Below are positions 40,010 through 51,012 of a stretch of DNA of 62,153 bases, piece after piece; position 1 is the stretch's first letter, and the number at the start of each line of letters is the position of its first letter. The translations under genes were made by a program, and so were the position numbers. A model generated the notes under the pieces. The model was not told where the DNA came from and did no database searches. It worked only from the letters and a program-made list of their open reading frames with translations. The DNA is taken from the NCBI GenBank assembly GCA_965369655.1, contig CBDUQR010000013.1, forward strand, positions 1 through 62,153, given 5' to 3'. This DNA is from an uncultured bacterium. Lineage in GTDB: Bacteria; Zixibacteria; MSB-5A5; JAABVY01; JAHJOQ01.

Positions 40010-42460
40010 TTGGCTAAGAAGATGAAGAAAGCGACAGACGTTTCAAAGAATGTTCGTCCTGCACGCATGCCGAAGCTCGACAAGTTGTTCGAGTCGAAGT
40101 ATTACTTTGCATTCTACGCCATCGCTATCGCAGTTCTGACCATAATCCTCTTCAGAGAATTCGTCTTCTCCAACCTGATGTTGTTCGGTTCCGACACTCT
40201 TCTCGCCGGTGTATTTTTCAGAGATTTTTTCGTCGAGTATTTCAAAGCCCACGGTTCGGTGCCGCAATGGAATCCGTACATATTTGGCGGTATGCCGTTT
40301 GTCGATGCTTTCCACGGCGATATATTCTATCCGATCAGCTTTGTTTTCAAGATGATCTTCCCTCTATTCAGGGCGCTCGGCTGGGTTCTCGTCTTCCACG
40401 TTTTCCTCGCAGGCATCAGCATGTTCATGTGCGCGCGAGCGTTCAAGTTCGGGAATCTGGCGTCGTCGATAGCCGGTATCTCGTATATGTTTGCTCCGTA
40501 CATCGTGTCGCTGGTAGCTCCCGGGCATGACGGCAAGATATTCGTTACGGCGCTGTTTCCTTTCGCCATGATGTTCCTCGAACGGGGTATGGAGCGGAAA
40601 TCATATCTCGATTTCATCGGGCTCGGCACGGTGATCGGACTGATTATACTGACACCGCATCCCCAGATGGCGTATTTTTCACTCTGGGCGATCGGTTCCT
40701 ATTTCATTTTCAAACTTGTCGTTCGATACCGCAAAGAAAAATCTGCACGGTCCGCGGGAATCCTGACAGCGTTCTTCGTCCTCGCCATCCTGACCGGGCT
40801 GGCTTTGTCTGCCATTCAGTTCTATCCGGGCTACAAGTATGTCAAGGAATACTCCCCTCGCGCCGGCGAAGGGCGCGGCGGGTACGAATGGGCAACATCA
40901 TGGTCGATGCATACTGAGGAAGCGGTCGGCATGCTGATTCCGCTATTTGCAGGTACCGACAGCGCCGAAGGCAGGCTCTATTGGGGGCGGAATCTATTCA
41001 AAGATAATACCGAATATGTTGGTATTTTTCCAATCCTGCTGGGTGTGCTTGGACTGATATTCTACAGAGATACCAGAAAGTGGTACTTCCTCGGACTTGG
41101 AATTATGTCGCTGATATATGCCCTGGGTGCGACTACGCCATTGTTCTATCTTTTCTATTATTTGCTGCCCAATGTAAAATCAATGCGTGCACCGTCGATG
41201 ATCATGTTCCTGTTTTCATTCTCATTCGCACTCCTGAGCGCAGCGGGAGTTCAGTACATTCTGTCCGGTTTCCTGTCGGACAAACCGGATCGACGGCGCA
41301 GGCTGCTCAAGATCCTGATGATTATAGCGATTGCATATATAGCCTCTGCGCTTCTCTGGACAATCGCGAGCACGGGGATGCTCGACTTGTACCGAAGCAT
41401 TTTCTATTCCGATATCGCTCAGGCGAAGCTTACAACGGCAGCGGGGAATCTGGATACCATAGTCGTGAGTTTGTGGCTGATGGCTGTATTGATCGGCGCG
41501 ACATTCCTGATCGTGAAGATGATTGCCGCCAGGAAGCTGGTGCCGATTGCGATTGGCATTGTTGCCCTGTTCGCAGTTGTCGATGACTGGCGGATCGACT
41601 CGAAGTATATCCACACGCTCAATTCTCAGGAGAGATTCGCAAAGCACCGTTCTGTGAAGTACCTGGAGCAGAATTTTGGTTACGATCGGATTCTCGACAT
41701 GACTTTCCGGATGTTCAGATCGCAGGACTACTACGCATATTTCGGGATTAACCAGGTGGCCGGCTATCATGGGAATCAGCTTGCGGTGTATGACAGGCTC
41801 ATGGGCGGACTGGAGAAATCGAATCTTCACGACCGTTATGGGATACCGCGATTGCCTATCCTGAATCTTCTCGGCGCGAGGTACTTTGTTTATGATGCCG
41901 GTTACCCAATGCCAGACAGCACCCTTCAGAAGGTGTACGACATGGATCAGATAACAATCTACAGGAATCCGCACGCTTTGCCGCGCTCTTTCATTGTCCA
42001 TCACTACGGAGTAGTAACGGATCTCGATTCTATCGTCGATATCGCCGCCAGCCCGAGATTCGATCCAAGGCGATTCGTACTTCTCGAAGAAGAACCCGGA
42101 TTTACACCTGAGGAACCGCTCATGGATCGAGTCGAGGAGTGTGAGATCATCGATTATGAGCCGGAGTATGTCAAGATTGTCGCCATGCTGAAAGCGCCCG
42201 GGTTTGTCTGCCTGAGTGATCCGCACTACCCGGCATGGAAGGCGTATGTCGATGGCGAGCAGACCGAAATCTACAGGGCGTATGGGGCACTGCGGGCGAT
42301 TGGCGTTCCCGAAGGCGAACATGTAATCGAGTTCGTCTACAAGTCAGAGCAGTATCAGATATCGAAGATGATTTCCTATGCGACAGTTGTTTTCATTGTT
42401 ATCTCTGTCGTCGGCGGAACTGTCCACTCTCGAATGAAACGGAAGAAAGAAAATGGCTGA
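40010..42460 (+). CDS. YfhO family (GT-C fold) membrane glycosyltransferase
   Basis: PQWNPYIFGGMPF, many TMs, ALPRSF, YPAWKAYVDG, VPEGEHVIEF. Confidence 0.8.
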   Translation: MAKKMKKATDVSKNVRPARMPKLDKLFESKYYFAFYAIAIAVLTIILFREFVFSNLMLFGSDTLLAGVFFRDFFVEYFKAHGSVPQWNPYIFGGMPFVDAFHGDIFYPISFVFKMIFPLFRALGWVLVFHVFLAGISMFMCARAFKFGNLASSIAGISYMFAPYIVSLVAPGHDGKIFVTALFPFAMMFLERGMERKSYLDFIGLGTVIGLIILTPHPQMAYFSLWAIGSYFIFKLVVRYRKEKSARSAGILTAFFVLAILTGLALSAIQFYPGYKYVKEYSPRAGEGRGGYEWATSWSMHTEEAVGMLIPLFAGTDSAEGRLYWGRNLFKDNTEYVGIFPILLGVLGLIFYRDTRKWYFLGLGIMSLIYALGATTPLFYLFYYLLPNVKSMRAPSMIMFLFSFSFALLSAAGVQYILSGFLSDKPDRRRRLLKILMIIAIAYIASALLWTIASTGMLDLYRSIFYSDIAQAKLTTAAGNLDTIVVSLWLMAVLIGATFLIVKMIAARKLVPIAIGIVALFAVVDDWRIDSKYIHTLNSQERFAKHRSVKYLEQNFGYDRILDMTFRMFRSQDYYAYFGINQVAGYHGNQLAVYDRLMGGLEKSNLHDRYGIPRLPILNLLGARYFVYDAGYPMPDSTLQKVYDMDQITIYRNPHALPRSFIVHHYGVVTDLDSIVDIAASPRFDPRRFVLLEEEPGFTPEEPLMDRVEECEIIDYEPEYVKIVAMLKAPGFVCLSDPHYPAWKAYVDGEQTEIYRAYGALRAIGVPEGEHVIEFVYKSEQYQISKMISYATVVFIVISVVGGTVHSRMKRKKENG

Positions 42461-43175
42461 AAAAGCACTTGTACTGTTGCCGACCTACAATGAAAAGGAG
42501 AACATCGAGAGGATCATCCCTGAGATTCTGAAACAGGATGAGCGGCTTTCGATTCTCGTCATAGATGACAATTCGCCTGATGGTACCGGCGAGATTGCCG
42601 ACAGGATCGCAGGTGAGAATCCTCGCGTCATGGTGCTCCACAGGAAGAACAAGGAGGGGCTGGGGCAGGCGTATATCGCGGGATTCAAATGGGCGCTCGA
42701 TCGGGAGTACGATCTCGTTTTTGAGATGGACGCTGATTTCTCGCACGATCCGGTTTTCCTGAAGGATTTCCTCGAGCATATCAAAGAGAACGATATTGTT
42801 CTCGGTTCGAGATATATATCCGGCGTCAACGTTGTCAACTGGCCGATGATGCGCCTGCTGCTGTCGTACTATGCCAATGTGTACTCCCGGATAGTGACAG
42901 GTCTGCCTCTTCGCGATGCGACCAGCGGATTCAAGTGTTTCAGGAGAGAAGTGCTTGAAGCTATCGATCTCGACGATGTGCGCTCGAACGGCTATTCTTT
43001 CCAGATCGAGATGAGCTTCAGGGCGTGGAAAAAGGGATTTAAGATCAAGGAAATTCCGATCGTATTCGTCGATAGAACCGCCGGGCAATCGAAGATGTCG
43101 AAAAAGATAATACGCGAGGCTGTCGTCATGGTGTGGCGGCTGAGGCTCTGGAGCATCCTAGGCAAGTTCAGGTAG
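42453..43175 (+). CDS. polyprenol monophosphomannose synthase-like GT2
   Basis: PTYNEKEN, DDNSPDGT, MDADFSHDP, GYSFQIE. Confidence 0.9.
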   Translation: MAEKALVLLPTYNEKENIERIIPEILKQDERLSILVIDDNSPDGTGEIADRIAGENPRVMVLHRKNKEGLGQAYIAGFKWALDREYDLVFEMDADFSHDPVFLKDFLEHIKENDIVLGSRYISGVNVVNWPMMRLLLSYYANVYSRIVTGLPLRDATSGFKCFRREVLEAIDLDDVRSNGYSFQIEMSFRAWKKGFKIKEIPIVFVDRTAGQSKMSKKIIREAVVMVWRLRLWSILGKFR

Positions 43176-43185
43176 GCGCTCCGCG

Positions 43186-44028
43186 GTGCTCTCCATCATA
43201 ATCGTCAACTATAACACCCGCGGTCTGACTCTCGAACTGTTGCAATCATTGTATGAACAGATCGACCGGCCTGATGTCGAAATCATTGTGGTCGACAATG
43301 CGTCAATCGACGGTTCGGCTCGCGCGATCTCGATACGATTTCCACAGGTCCAGCTCATAAGTCTGCGGAGAAACATCGGGTTCGGCAGGGCTGTCAACCT
43401 CGCAGTGACATGTTCTTCGGGGGATTACATTTGGCTGCTCAACAGCGACTGTCGTATCGACGGCGATGTCGCTTCGTCGATGATCGCTTACCTCGATTCG
43501 CATCCGCAGGCGGCCATCGTGACAGGCAGGCTTGTCAACGAGGATGGTTCGTTTCAGGCGTCCTGCAGGAGATTTCCCACGTTCGGGAATATACTGTTTT
43601 CCCGGCAGTCGCCAATCTCCAGGTTTCTTCCGGGGGATGATGCTTACACGTTGCCCGATTACACCGAGCCAACAGCGGTGGAGTCGTGTTCGTGCACCAG
43701 CACTATGATTCGTAGGAGTTGTTTCGATGATGTGGGCGGATTCGATGAGCGTTTCTTCATGTACTGCGAGGATACTGACCTGTGTCGAAGGTTCGGTGAG
43801 AGAGGATGGGACATAGTCTTTCTGCCATCGGCCACTGTTATGCATCGATGGGCGAAGAGCTGGGGTAGCGGTTCATGGATGAGGTTCTATCATCATCATC
43901 GTTCCATGTGCAGGTATTTCCGAAAGCATTATGCCGGAAACCGGATTCGACTGACAGCGTTCGAGTTTTTGCTCGCGGCGGGAGTCGGGATCAGGGCGAT
44001 GTTATCGCTGATCCGGAGGCGGGGGTAG
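43186..44028 (+). CDS. GT2 family glycosyltransferase (rhamnosyltransferase-like)
   Basis: VDNASIDGS, NIGFG, LLNSD, FDERFFMYCEDTD. Confidence 0.88.
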   Translation: MLSIIIVNYNTRGLTLELLQSLYEQIDRPDVEIIVVDNASIDGSARAISIRFPQVQLISLRRNIGFGRAVNLAVTCSSGDYIWLLNSDCRIDGDVASSMIAYLDSHPQAAIVTGRLVNEDGSFQASCRRFPTFGNILFSRQSPISRFLPGDDAYTLPDYTEPTAVESCSCTSTMIRRSCFDDVGGFDERFFMYCEDTDLCRRFGERGWDIVFLPSATVMHRWAKSWGSGSWMRFYHHHRSMCRYFRKHYAGNRIRLTAFEFLLAAGVGIRAMLSLIRRRG

Positions 44029-44029
44029 A

Positions 44030-45094
44030 ATGATTCTGTATCTACCGCTGTTCGTCCTCGCTGTGCTGGTAAGTCTTGGCATGTCGCATCTCGTAATGAG
44101 ATTATGCGTCAAATATGGCATATTCGACTACCCGGATCACAGGAAACTCCATGCGAAACCTACTCCACACCTTGGCGGAATAGCGTTGTTTGTCTCCTTC
44201 TGGATTCTGTTCCTGCTTGCTTCTCTGCATTTCGATGCGATCAATCTGGAACTGTCGGGCAGGATGTGGGCGCTATTTCTGGCTTCAGCCGTGATACTGG
44301 TGACCGGAATCGTGGACGACCTGAAGAATCTCAATTTCGTCGGAAAGCTCTCCGGCCAGTTGATAGCCGCCGGGATAATCATAGCCGCTGGGTTTACGAT
44401 ACCGAGATTCTACATCCCGTTCTGGGGATCGCTCGAACTCGGGTGGCTTTCATACCCGATGACCGCCGCCTGGATCATAGTCCTGTCGAACAGTATCAAC
44501 CTGATCGACGGCCTGGACGGACTCGCCGGCTCGGTGTCGGTATCGGTCTGTTTCGGGATGTTTGTGACCGGATTGCTCCTCGGTGTGGAGACTGTCATCG
44601 CTACAACAGTCTGCCTGTCCGGTTCCATTGTTGGCTTCCTGATCCTGAATCGTCCTCCGGCAAGGCTGTTTATGGGCGATTCGGGAGCGCTTTTTATCGG
44701 GTTCATGTTCTCTGTTCTCGCGGTCATCTGTCCCGTCAAGAGCTACACTGCCGTTGCGATGTTCGTGCCGTTAGTCGCTGTGGGCGTGCCGCTTATCGAG
44801 GTCGCCGTAACGCTGGTGCGAAGGACGGCGTCGGGTCAGAGATTCTATGTGGCCGACAACAGGCACATCCATAACTACTTAGTCAACCTGGGATTCTCGC
44901 GTGAAAGAACAGTCATGATCCTGACTTGCATATCCCTCGCCCTTACTGCCTTTGTGCCTGCCCTTTTTTGGTTTGACCGCAAGAGAGTTTTTTCTATATT
45001 CATAGCGTTTCTGTTGATACTGTTTGTTTCATTCTTTGTGCTGAGGTTGAAGCACGAACAGGACCGAGTCGATGGCAAACGGAATAGTACTTGA
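44030..45094 (+). CDS. WecA/TagO-like undecaprenyl-phosphate GlcNAc-1-P transferase
   Basis: [30 protein letters not shown]. Confidence 0.88.
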   Translation: MILYLPLFVLAVLVSLGMSHLVMRLCVKYGIFDYPDHRKLHAKPTPHLGGIALFVSFWILFLLASLHFDAINLELSGRMWALFLASAVILVTGIVDDLKNLNFVGKLSGQLIAAGIIIAAGFTIPRFYIPFWGSLELGWLSYPMTAAWIIVLSNSINLIDGLDGLAGSVSVSVCFGMFVTGLLLGVETVIATTVCLSGSIVGFLILNRPPARLFMGDSGALFIGFMFSVLAVICPVKSYTAVAMFVPLVAVGVPLIEVAVTLVRRTASGQRFYVADNRHIHNYLVNLGFSRERTVMILTCISLALTAFVPALFWFDRKRVFSIFIAFLLILFVSFFVLRLKHEQDRVDGKRNST

Positions 45095-46034
45095 TTTTGA
45101 AAAGCCGATTTTAGAGTTGGAGAAAAAGATTCTCGAAATGCGAGAATTCGCCAGCGGTGAGTCGATTGAACTGAATAGCGAAATCGAGAGCCTTGAACGC
45201 AAGCTCGAAAAGCTGACACGAGAGATATATTCGGGTTTGTCTCGCTGGCAGCGCGTACAGCTTGCACGCCATCCGAAACGACCATACACTAACGACTATA
45301 TCGAGCGCATGACGGAGGGGTTCGTCGAGTTGCATGGTGACCGTGGCTTTGCGGACGACAAGGCAGTCGTGTGCGGTCCGGCAGTGTTCCATGGTCGCAA
45401 GGTTATGATTATCGGTCAGCAGAAGGCTCGCGATACGAAATCGAAACTGTATCGCAACTTCGGGATGATGCATCCGGAGGGGTATCGTAAGGCGCTGAGG
45501 ATGATGAGACTTGCTGAGAAGTTCAGTCTTCCGGTGCTTATCTTTATTGACACACCCGGCGCGTATCCGGGGGTCAGCGCCGAGGAGCGCGGACAGGCGG
45601 AGGCGATAGCTTTCAATATCAAGGAGATGGCGAGGCTTCGGGTTCCGATTATTATATCGATCATCGGCGAGGGTGCGTCCGGCGGCGCGCTCGGTATCGG
45701 TGTGGGCGATGTCGTGCTGATGCTGGAGAACTCCTGGTACTCGGTTATCTCGCCTGAGGGATGCGCTGCTATCCTGTGGCGAGACGCGGCAATGGCTCCC
45801 GAAGCCGCCGAGGCACTCAAACTTACCGCGCCGGATTTGCTCGAACTTGGCGTGATCGACAGGATACTGCCCGAGCCTCCGGGTGGAGCACACAGAGATC
45901 ATGATGGCGCCGCCGAGATTCTTGGCGCAGCAATCGAGGAGCACTTGTTATCCATACTGGAAATGACAACTGAGGAAATGCTCTCGAAGAGGCTCGAAAA
46001 GTTCAGGAATATGGGAGTCTTTTACCACGAGTAG
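45072..46034 (+). CDS. accA: acetyl-CoA carboxylase carboxyltransferase alpha
   Basis: [36 protein letters not shown]. Confidence 0.96.
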   Translation: MANGIVLDFEKPILELEKKILEMREFASGESIELNSEIESLERKLEKLTREIYSGLSRWQRVQLARHPKRPYTNDYIERMTEGFVELHGDRGFADDKAVVCGPAVFHGRKVMIIGQQKARDTKSKLYRNFGMMHPEGYRKALRMMRLAEKFSLPVLIFIDTPGAYPGVSAEERGQAEAIAFNIKEMARLRVPIIISIIGEGASGGALGIGVGDVVLMLENSWYSVISPEGCAAILWRDAAMAPEAAEALKLTAPDLLELGVIDRILPEPPGGAHRDHDGAAEILGAAIEEHLLSILEMTTEEMLSKRLEKFRNMGVFYHE

Positions 46035-46042
46035 GAGTTGAC

Positions 46043-46207
46043 GTGCTTTCTGACGAAATGCTGAATATCCTGGCGTGCCCGAAATGCAAAGGACCGCTCG
46101 AATACAAGAAAGATAAAGACGAATTGGTCTGCAACAGTTGCAGGCTAATCTACAAGATCAAAGACGACATCCCGGTGATGCTTATCGATGAAGCCGAGAG
46201 CTTCTAA
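46043..46207 (+). CDS. Trm112/YcaR family protein (54 aa, absent from track)
   Basis: Manual translation [19 protein letters not shown]...[35 protein letters not shown] start. Confidence 0.88.
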   Translation: MLSDEMLNILACPKCKGPLEYKKDKDELVCNSCRLIYKIKDDIPVMLIDEAESF

Positions 46208-46228
46208 ACCGCCCTAAAGGAGAATGAA

Positions 46229-46681
46229 ATGAGACTGTCGAAATTCTCTTCCGAAGAGTTGATTGCGTTCGATCTGAAAAGCACCAGCAAGAACGACATT
46301 ATCCGAGAACTTGTCGACATGGCTGCGCAGTCGAATCTGGTCAGAGACGGGGAGGAGTTGTATCGTGATGTCGTAGAGCGCGAGAATCTCGTCACCACCG
46401 GAGTTGGTTACGGTGTGGCGTTTCCACATGCCAAAACGCGCGCTACCAGAGGGATTTTAATAGCATTCGGACGTTCAAACGCCGGTGTGGATTTCGACGC
46501 CATGGACAAGAAGCCTGTTCACCTCTTTTTCCTCATTGCCGCGCCCGAGGATGCTATCGGCGCTCATCTGAATGTCATGGCTCGTCTGTCGTTCATCATG
46601 AAGAGTGAGGAGAATCGCCAGAAGCTCATGGAAGTGCAAAGCCCGGGAGAACTTCTGCAGATTATCGACACAGTAGAATGA
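46229..46681 (+). CDS. PTS IIA (Ntr/fructose-type) domain protein
   Basis: RENLVTTGVGYGVAFPHAK, DKKPVHLFFL. Confidence 0.88.
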   Translation: MRLSKFSSEELIAFDLKSTSKNDIIRELVDMAAQSNLVRDGEELYRDVVERENLVTTGVGYGVAFPHAKTRATRGILIAFGRSNAGVDFDAMDKKPVHLFFLIAAPEDAIGAHLNVMARLSFIMKSEENRQKLMEVQSPGELLQIIDTVE

Positions 46682-46688
46682 CCATGTA

Positions 46689-47480
46689 ATGAAATGGATT
46701 TCGCCTCTTCTAACCAGACAGAAGGCGTTTAGAACAAGCCTCGTACTTGTCGGAATCAGCGTCGCCTGTTTTCTTCTTCCCGTTGACGCTAAGACATATA
46801 TCTCCGGCAAGCTGATAACCGCGTATGCGCCATTCTACGGCATTTCAAACAAGATCGACGATGCCTTCGAGGTCTATGACATAAACCGTCAGTTGCGTAC
46901 GACCATCACCGGACAGATGCTTGAACTGACGGTCCTGCGCGAGCAGGAAAGAGAGAACGACCGTCTCAGGGAACTCCTCGGTTTCAAAGAGTCTGTCGAG
47001 TACGACTTAATTCCCGCCGAGATAATTGCCCTCGACCCGAAACGCAGGCAGAACGCGGTGATTGCCGAGATCGGACACGATGCACAGGTCGCCGTCGACC
47101 TGCCGGTCGTCAATGTCGATGGCCTTGTCGGCAAGACCACGTCGGTCCTCGGAGATCTTGTGACCGTGGAGTTGCTGACCTCGCCCAACTGCAGGGCAGC
47201 CGCAAGGGACGCGAACACGAGAGTGCTCGGCATCGTTCGATGGACCGGCGGCAAGAGGCTTCTCCTGGATAACGTGTCGATTTCGGATACGGTAGCTGTC
47301 GGGGATACCGTGATAACATCAGGGCTTGGCGGTGTGTTTCCCGAGGGTCTTCTTGTCGGGACCATAATCAGCGTAGTGACAGGAGAGTCGCCGTTCTTCA
47401 AGAGCATCACCCTTGAACCGTTTGTTGATTTCGGAGCACTCGAGGAACTCATAGTGCTCAAGAAAAGCGGTGGTTTGTAA
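46689..47480 (+). CDS. mreC: rod shape-determining protein MreC
   Basis: ENDRLRELL, GLVGK, ITSGLGGVFPEG. Confidence 0.92.
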   Translation: MKWISPLLTRQKAFRTSLVLVGISVACFLLPVDAKTYISGKLITAYAPFYGISNKIDDAFEVYDINRQLRTTITGQMLELTVLREQERENDRLRELLGFKESVEYDLIPAEIIALDPKRRQNAVIAEIGHDAQVAVDLPVVNVDGLVGKTTSVLGDLVTVELLTSPNCRAAARDANTRVLGIVRWTGGKRLLLDNVSISDTVAVGDTVITSGLGGVFPEGLLVGTIISVVTGESPFFKSITLEPFVDFGALEELIVLKKSGGL

Positions 47481-47971
47481 TGGCGAGAAACGTGCTGTTT
47501 TTCATCGGGCTTCTGTTCTGCGTAGTCGTATTCCAGGCTTTGCTGGCTGATATTATTTCTATTGGACTTGCGCGACCGGATATTATCCTTGTGCTTCTCG
47601 TATGGCTTACATTGACCAAAGACTTGACGTGGGGGATGTCGTTTGGATTCGCCGCAGGACTTTTTGAGGATTCACACAGCCCGCAGCTGCTCGGACTCGG
47701 CGCTTTGCTCAAGATCGCATCCGCGCTGGCGGTTTTCCTGATATCGCACCGAGTCAGGACCGACAGCCTTGTTATCAGGATCGCTGTTGTAGCGGGAGTG
47801 GTCATATTGCACGACCTGATTTATTTCCTCGTAGCCTTCTCATTCGATGCTCGCCTCGACGCCATGATTCTCGTCAATATAATAATCCCGTCGGCGTTGT
47901 ACACATCGATCATTGCAGCCGGAGTGCTGTATCTCTCCGACAAACGTTTGACGCTAAGGTTTGAGTCGTGA
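47480..47971 (+). CDS. mreD: rod shape-determining protein MreD
   Basis: PDIILV, GFAAGLFED, hydrophobic, synteny. Confidence 0.85.
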   Translation: MARNVLFFIGLLFCVVVFQALLADIISIGLARPDIILVLLVWLTLTKDLTWGMSFGFAAGLFEDSHSPQLLGLGALLKIASALAVFLISHRVRTDSLVIRIAVVAGVVILHDLIYFLVAFSFDARLDAMILVNIIIPSALYTSIIAAGVLYLSDKRLTLRFES

Positions 47972-49800
47972 CAGTTGGTGGCTATACCAGAGCGTTGCGG
48001 GCGAACTTGCTCGCAGGTTTCCTCCTGACCGTGATCCTCCTGCTGATCGTTCGCATGTTTTACATGCAGACCTTTCAACATGAGGCTTATCTCGAAATAT
48101 CGGAGAAGAACCGCATTCGTGTTGTTCCCGAAATAGCTGTCAGGGGGAGAGTTTTCGATCGCAACGGAATACTATTGATTGACAACCGACCGTCATACGC
48201 CGTCGCGGCAGTTCCGAGCGAGATTACGAATCTTAACGCAGTGTCGAGTGATCTCTCCGAACTGCTTGGAGTGCCCGAAGAACGAATTCAGCAAAAGATC
48301 AGGAAGAGCAGGTATCGCCGGTACGAGCCGGTCAGACTCAAGAGAGACGCTTCCTTCGATGTCGTATGTCGCATCGAGGAGGCGTCGGATCATTATCCCG
48401 GCATTGTCCTCCAGTTGGATCAATCGAGAAACTACCCCGAACATGGCTCCGCTGCGCACCTTCTCGGCTATCCTTCCGAGATTACCGAAGATGAGCTTGA
48501 TAGACTTCGTGGCAAGGGATTCCGTTCCGGTTCGCTGATCGGTCGCAAGGGTATTGAACGTTCATACGATCATTACCTGCGGGGCATCGATGGGACCAGG
48601 CATCTCGAAGTCACCGCCGAGGGCAAGATAGTCGGTCCGCTCGACGAACGTGCTCCGATTATGCCGACAGCAGGATTCGATTTGACGCTCACGATCGATT
48701 ATGATCTGCAGTTGCTTGGCGAGTCGCTTTTCGGGGATTCACTCTCCGGCGCGCTGGTGGCAATGGATCCGAACACAGGCGGTATTCTGGCTTTCGTGTC
48801 GCAACCGACTTTCGACGCAAATCTTTTTACCGGCCCACTCTCGACAGAGGATTGGAAACGTCTGTCGACAGATCAACAACACCCACTCCTGAACAGATGT
48901 ATCCAGGCGACATATCCGCCGGGTTCTAGCTACAAACTTATTGTGGCTGGTGCTGCCCTCGAATCCGGAACTGTAACGACGGAAACGCGTTTTCTCGGGT
49001 GCACGGGTGGGTATCGGTATGGGAATCGGGTGTTCAAGTGTCATAAACTGTCGGGACATGGTGTCCTCACGCTTGTCGACGCCATTGCCGCTTCCTGCAA
49101 TGTCTACTTCTATCAGCTCGGCAAGAAACTGGGGCTGGAGAAATTCTCCGAGTACTCACGAGCATGCGGGTTTGGAAAGCGGCTGGGAATCGATCTCGGC
49201 GATGAAGTGCCCGGCCTTGTTCCGGATGCCGATTATTACGACAACAGGTATGGCGAGAGGAAGTGGCCGAAATCTGTCATTCTGAATCTGACAATAGGAC
49301 AGGGAGAATTACTGGTCACCCCACTCCAGATGGCGACCTTCTATTCGGCTCTGGCCAACGGCGGAAGACTTCTCAGACCCCATGTGTTGCGCGGTCTGGA
49401 GACCGTGGAAGGAGCCATAAGCATGGATACTGAAGAGATCAGGAGACTTCCATTCTCCCCGGAAACTATAGCCGTTCTTCAGAAAGCGGCATTCGAGGTC
49501 GTCAACGGCGTACTCGGGACGGCGCGTCGCGCTCGGATCGACGGGACTACTGTCGCAGGCAAGACCGGCACGGCTCAGAATCCCCATGGCAATGAACATT
49601 CGTGGTTCTGCGCATACGCTCCAGCGGATGATCCTGTGATTGCGGTCGCATGTATTGTAGAAAACGCCGGACATGGCGGCGCGGTGGCTGCGCCTATAGT
49701 GGCGAAAGTGATCGAACGATATCTGCAATCGAACGGAATCATCCCGGAGGTTCCTCAGCCTGAGTTGCCAATGGAGGAGATTGTCGATGCAACTCTTTAG
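47968..49800 (+). CDS. mrdA: penicillin-binding protein 2
   Basis: RGRVFDRNG, PGSSYK, SCN, KTGTAQ. Confidence 0.93.
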   Translation: MTVGGYTRALRANLLAGFLLTVILLLIVRMFYMQTFQHEAYLEISEKNRIRVVPEIAVRGRVFDRNGILLIDNRPSYAVAAVPSEITNLNAVSSDLSELLGVPEERIQQKIRKSRYRRYEPVRLKRDASFDVVCRIEEASDHYPGIVLQLDQSRNYPEHGSAAHLLGYPSEITEDELDRLRGKGFRSGSLIGRKGIERSYDHYLRGIDGTRHLEVTAEGKIVGPLDERAPIMPTAGFDLTLTIDYDLQLLGESLFGDSLSGALVAMDPNTGGILAFVSQPTFDANLFTGPLSTEDWKRLSTDQQHPLLNRCIQATYPPGSSYKLIVAGAALESGTVTTETRFLGCTGGYRYGNRVFKCHKLSGHGVLTLVDAIAASCNVYFYQLGKKLGLEKFSEYSRACGFGKRLGIDLGDEVPGLVPDADYYDNRYGERKWPKSVILNLTIGQGELLVTPLQMATFYSALANGGRLLRPHVLRGLETVEGAISMDTEEIRRLPFSPETIAVLQKAAFEVVNGVLGTARRARIDGTTVAGKTGTAQNPHGNEHSWFCAYAPADDPVIAVACIVENAGHGGAVAAPIVAKVIERYLQSNGIIPEVPQPELPMEEIVDATL

Positions 49801-51010
49801 GGGCAACATCTCCAAGTCGGCTCTGCTGCTGTTTGCCGCCGCGCTGTTCCTCACGTCGGTCGGCATTGTGATAATTCAAAGTGCCATGTTCGCTGCGCCA
49901 ACTCAGTATGAGCAGGATTATTTCAAGCGACAGATGATCTGGACGGTGGCTGCGCTGTTCCTTTTTGTAATAGTCGTCTTCGTGCCGATGAGGTTTTTCG
50001 AAGTGTTTGCGTACGTGTTTTTTGGCGTAGTCGTGATTATGCTTGCGGGATTGCTCTTCAAAGGAGGGGGGAGGGCAGCGCGATGGTACAATCTCGGCTT
50101 CTTCAACCTGCAGGTAGCTGAACTTGCGAAAATAGCCGTAGTCTTTGTTCTGGCGCGCTACCTGACCTACTCGCGCAGGCCGGCGAACTCGGTGCGCAGA
50201 TTTGCTTCTGTATTGATTCTCGTAGCGATCCCGATGCTGATGGTGTTGAAGCAGCCTGATCTCGGGACCTCGATCGTGTTTGTTGCGGTGCTGATAACTG
50301 TCCTCTACTGGTCCGGGCTTCCGGCCACATATATGTTGCTCCTGATAACGCCTGTCGTGAGTCTGATAGCGTCCTCCCACTGGATATCCTGGATAGTATT
50401 CTTTGTGCTCGTGCTCGTGCTCCTGCAGATGATCAAACCCGGCACGCTTTTTTCAATTGCCACGATCGGCGTGAATCTGCTTTCGGGGATGATAATGCCG
50501 TTCATCTGGAACAGGCTCCAGGACTATCAGAAAATGCGGATACTCGTGTTTCTCGATCCAGGCCGAGATCCGCTGGGTGCCGGTTACCAGATTATTCAGT
50601 CGAAAGTTGCGGTCGGCTCCGGTGGGTTGTGGGGCAAGGGCTACATGGCGGGAACTCAGACGAATCTCGCATTTATCCCGGAACGACATACTGACTTCGT
50701 GTTCTCGGTGATCGGGGAAGAATTCGGGTTCTGGGGCGGACTGCTGATTCTGATAGCGTTTGTCGGAATCATACTCCTCGGGATACGAATAGCACTCAAA
50801 TGCCGCAACAGGTTCTCGTCATTCGTCGTTATCGGAGGTGTGACAATCATCGCGTTTCAACTCGTGGTGAATGTCGGGATGGCCTTGGGTCTCATGCCGG
50901 TGACGGGCCTGCCGTTACCGTTCATCTCTTATGGGGGATCGTCTCTGCTGATGAGTTGGATGATCCTCGGTCTGATCGTCAACTCCGAACTCAACTGGCA
51001 GGAGTACTGA
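49787..51010 (+). CDS. rodA: SEDS peptidoglycan polymerase RodA
   Basis: QPDLGT, GYQIIQS, HTDFVF, PFISYGGSS. Confidence 0.93.
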   Translation: MQLFRGNISKSALLLFAAALFLTSVGIVIIQSAMFAAPTQYEQDYFKRQMIWTVAALFLFVIVVFVPMRFFEVFAYVFFGVVVIMLAGLLFKGGGRAARWYNLGFFNLQVAELAKIAVVFVLARYLTYSRRPANSVRRFASVLILVAIPMLMVLKQPDLGTSIVFVAVLITVLYWSGLPATYMLLLITPVVSLIASSHWISWIVFFVLVLVLLQMIKPGTLFSIATIGVNLLSGMIMPFIWNRLQDYQKMRILVFLDPGRDPLGAGYQIIQSKVAVGSGGLWGKGYMAGTQTNLAFIPERHTDFVFSVIGEEFGFWGGLLILIAFVGIILLGIRIALKCRNRFSSFVVIGGVTIIAFQLVVNVGMALGLMPVTGLPLPFISYGGSSLLMSWMILGLIVNSELNWQEY

Positions 51011-51012
51011 CA

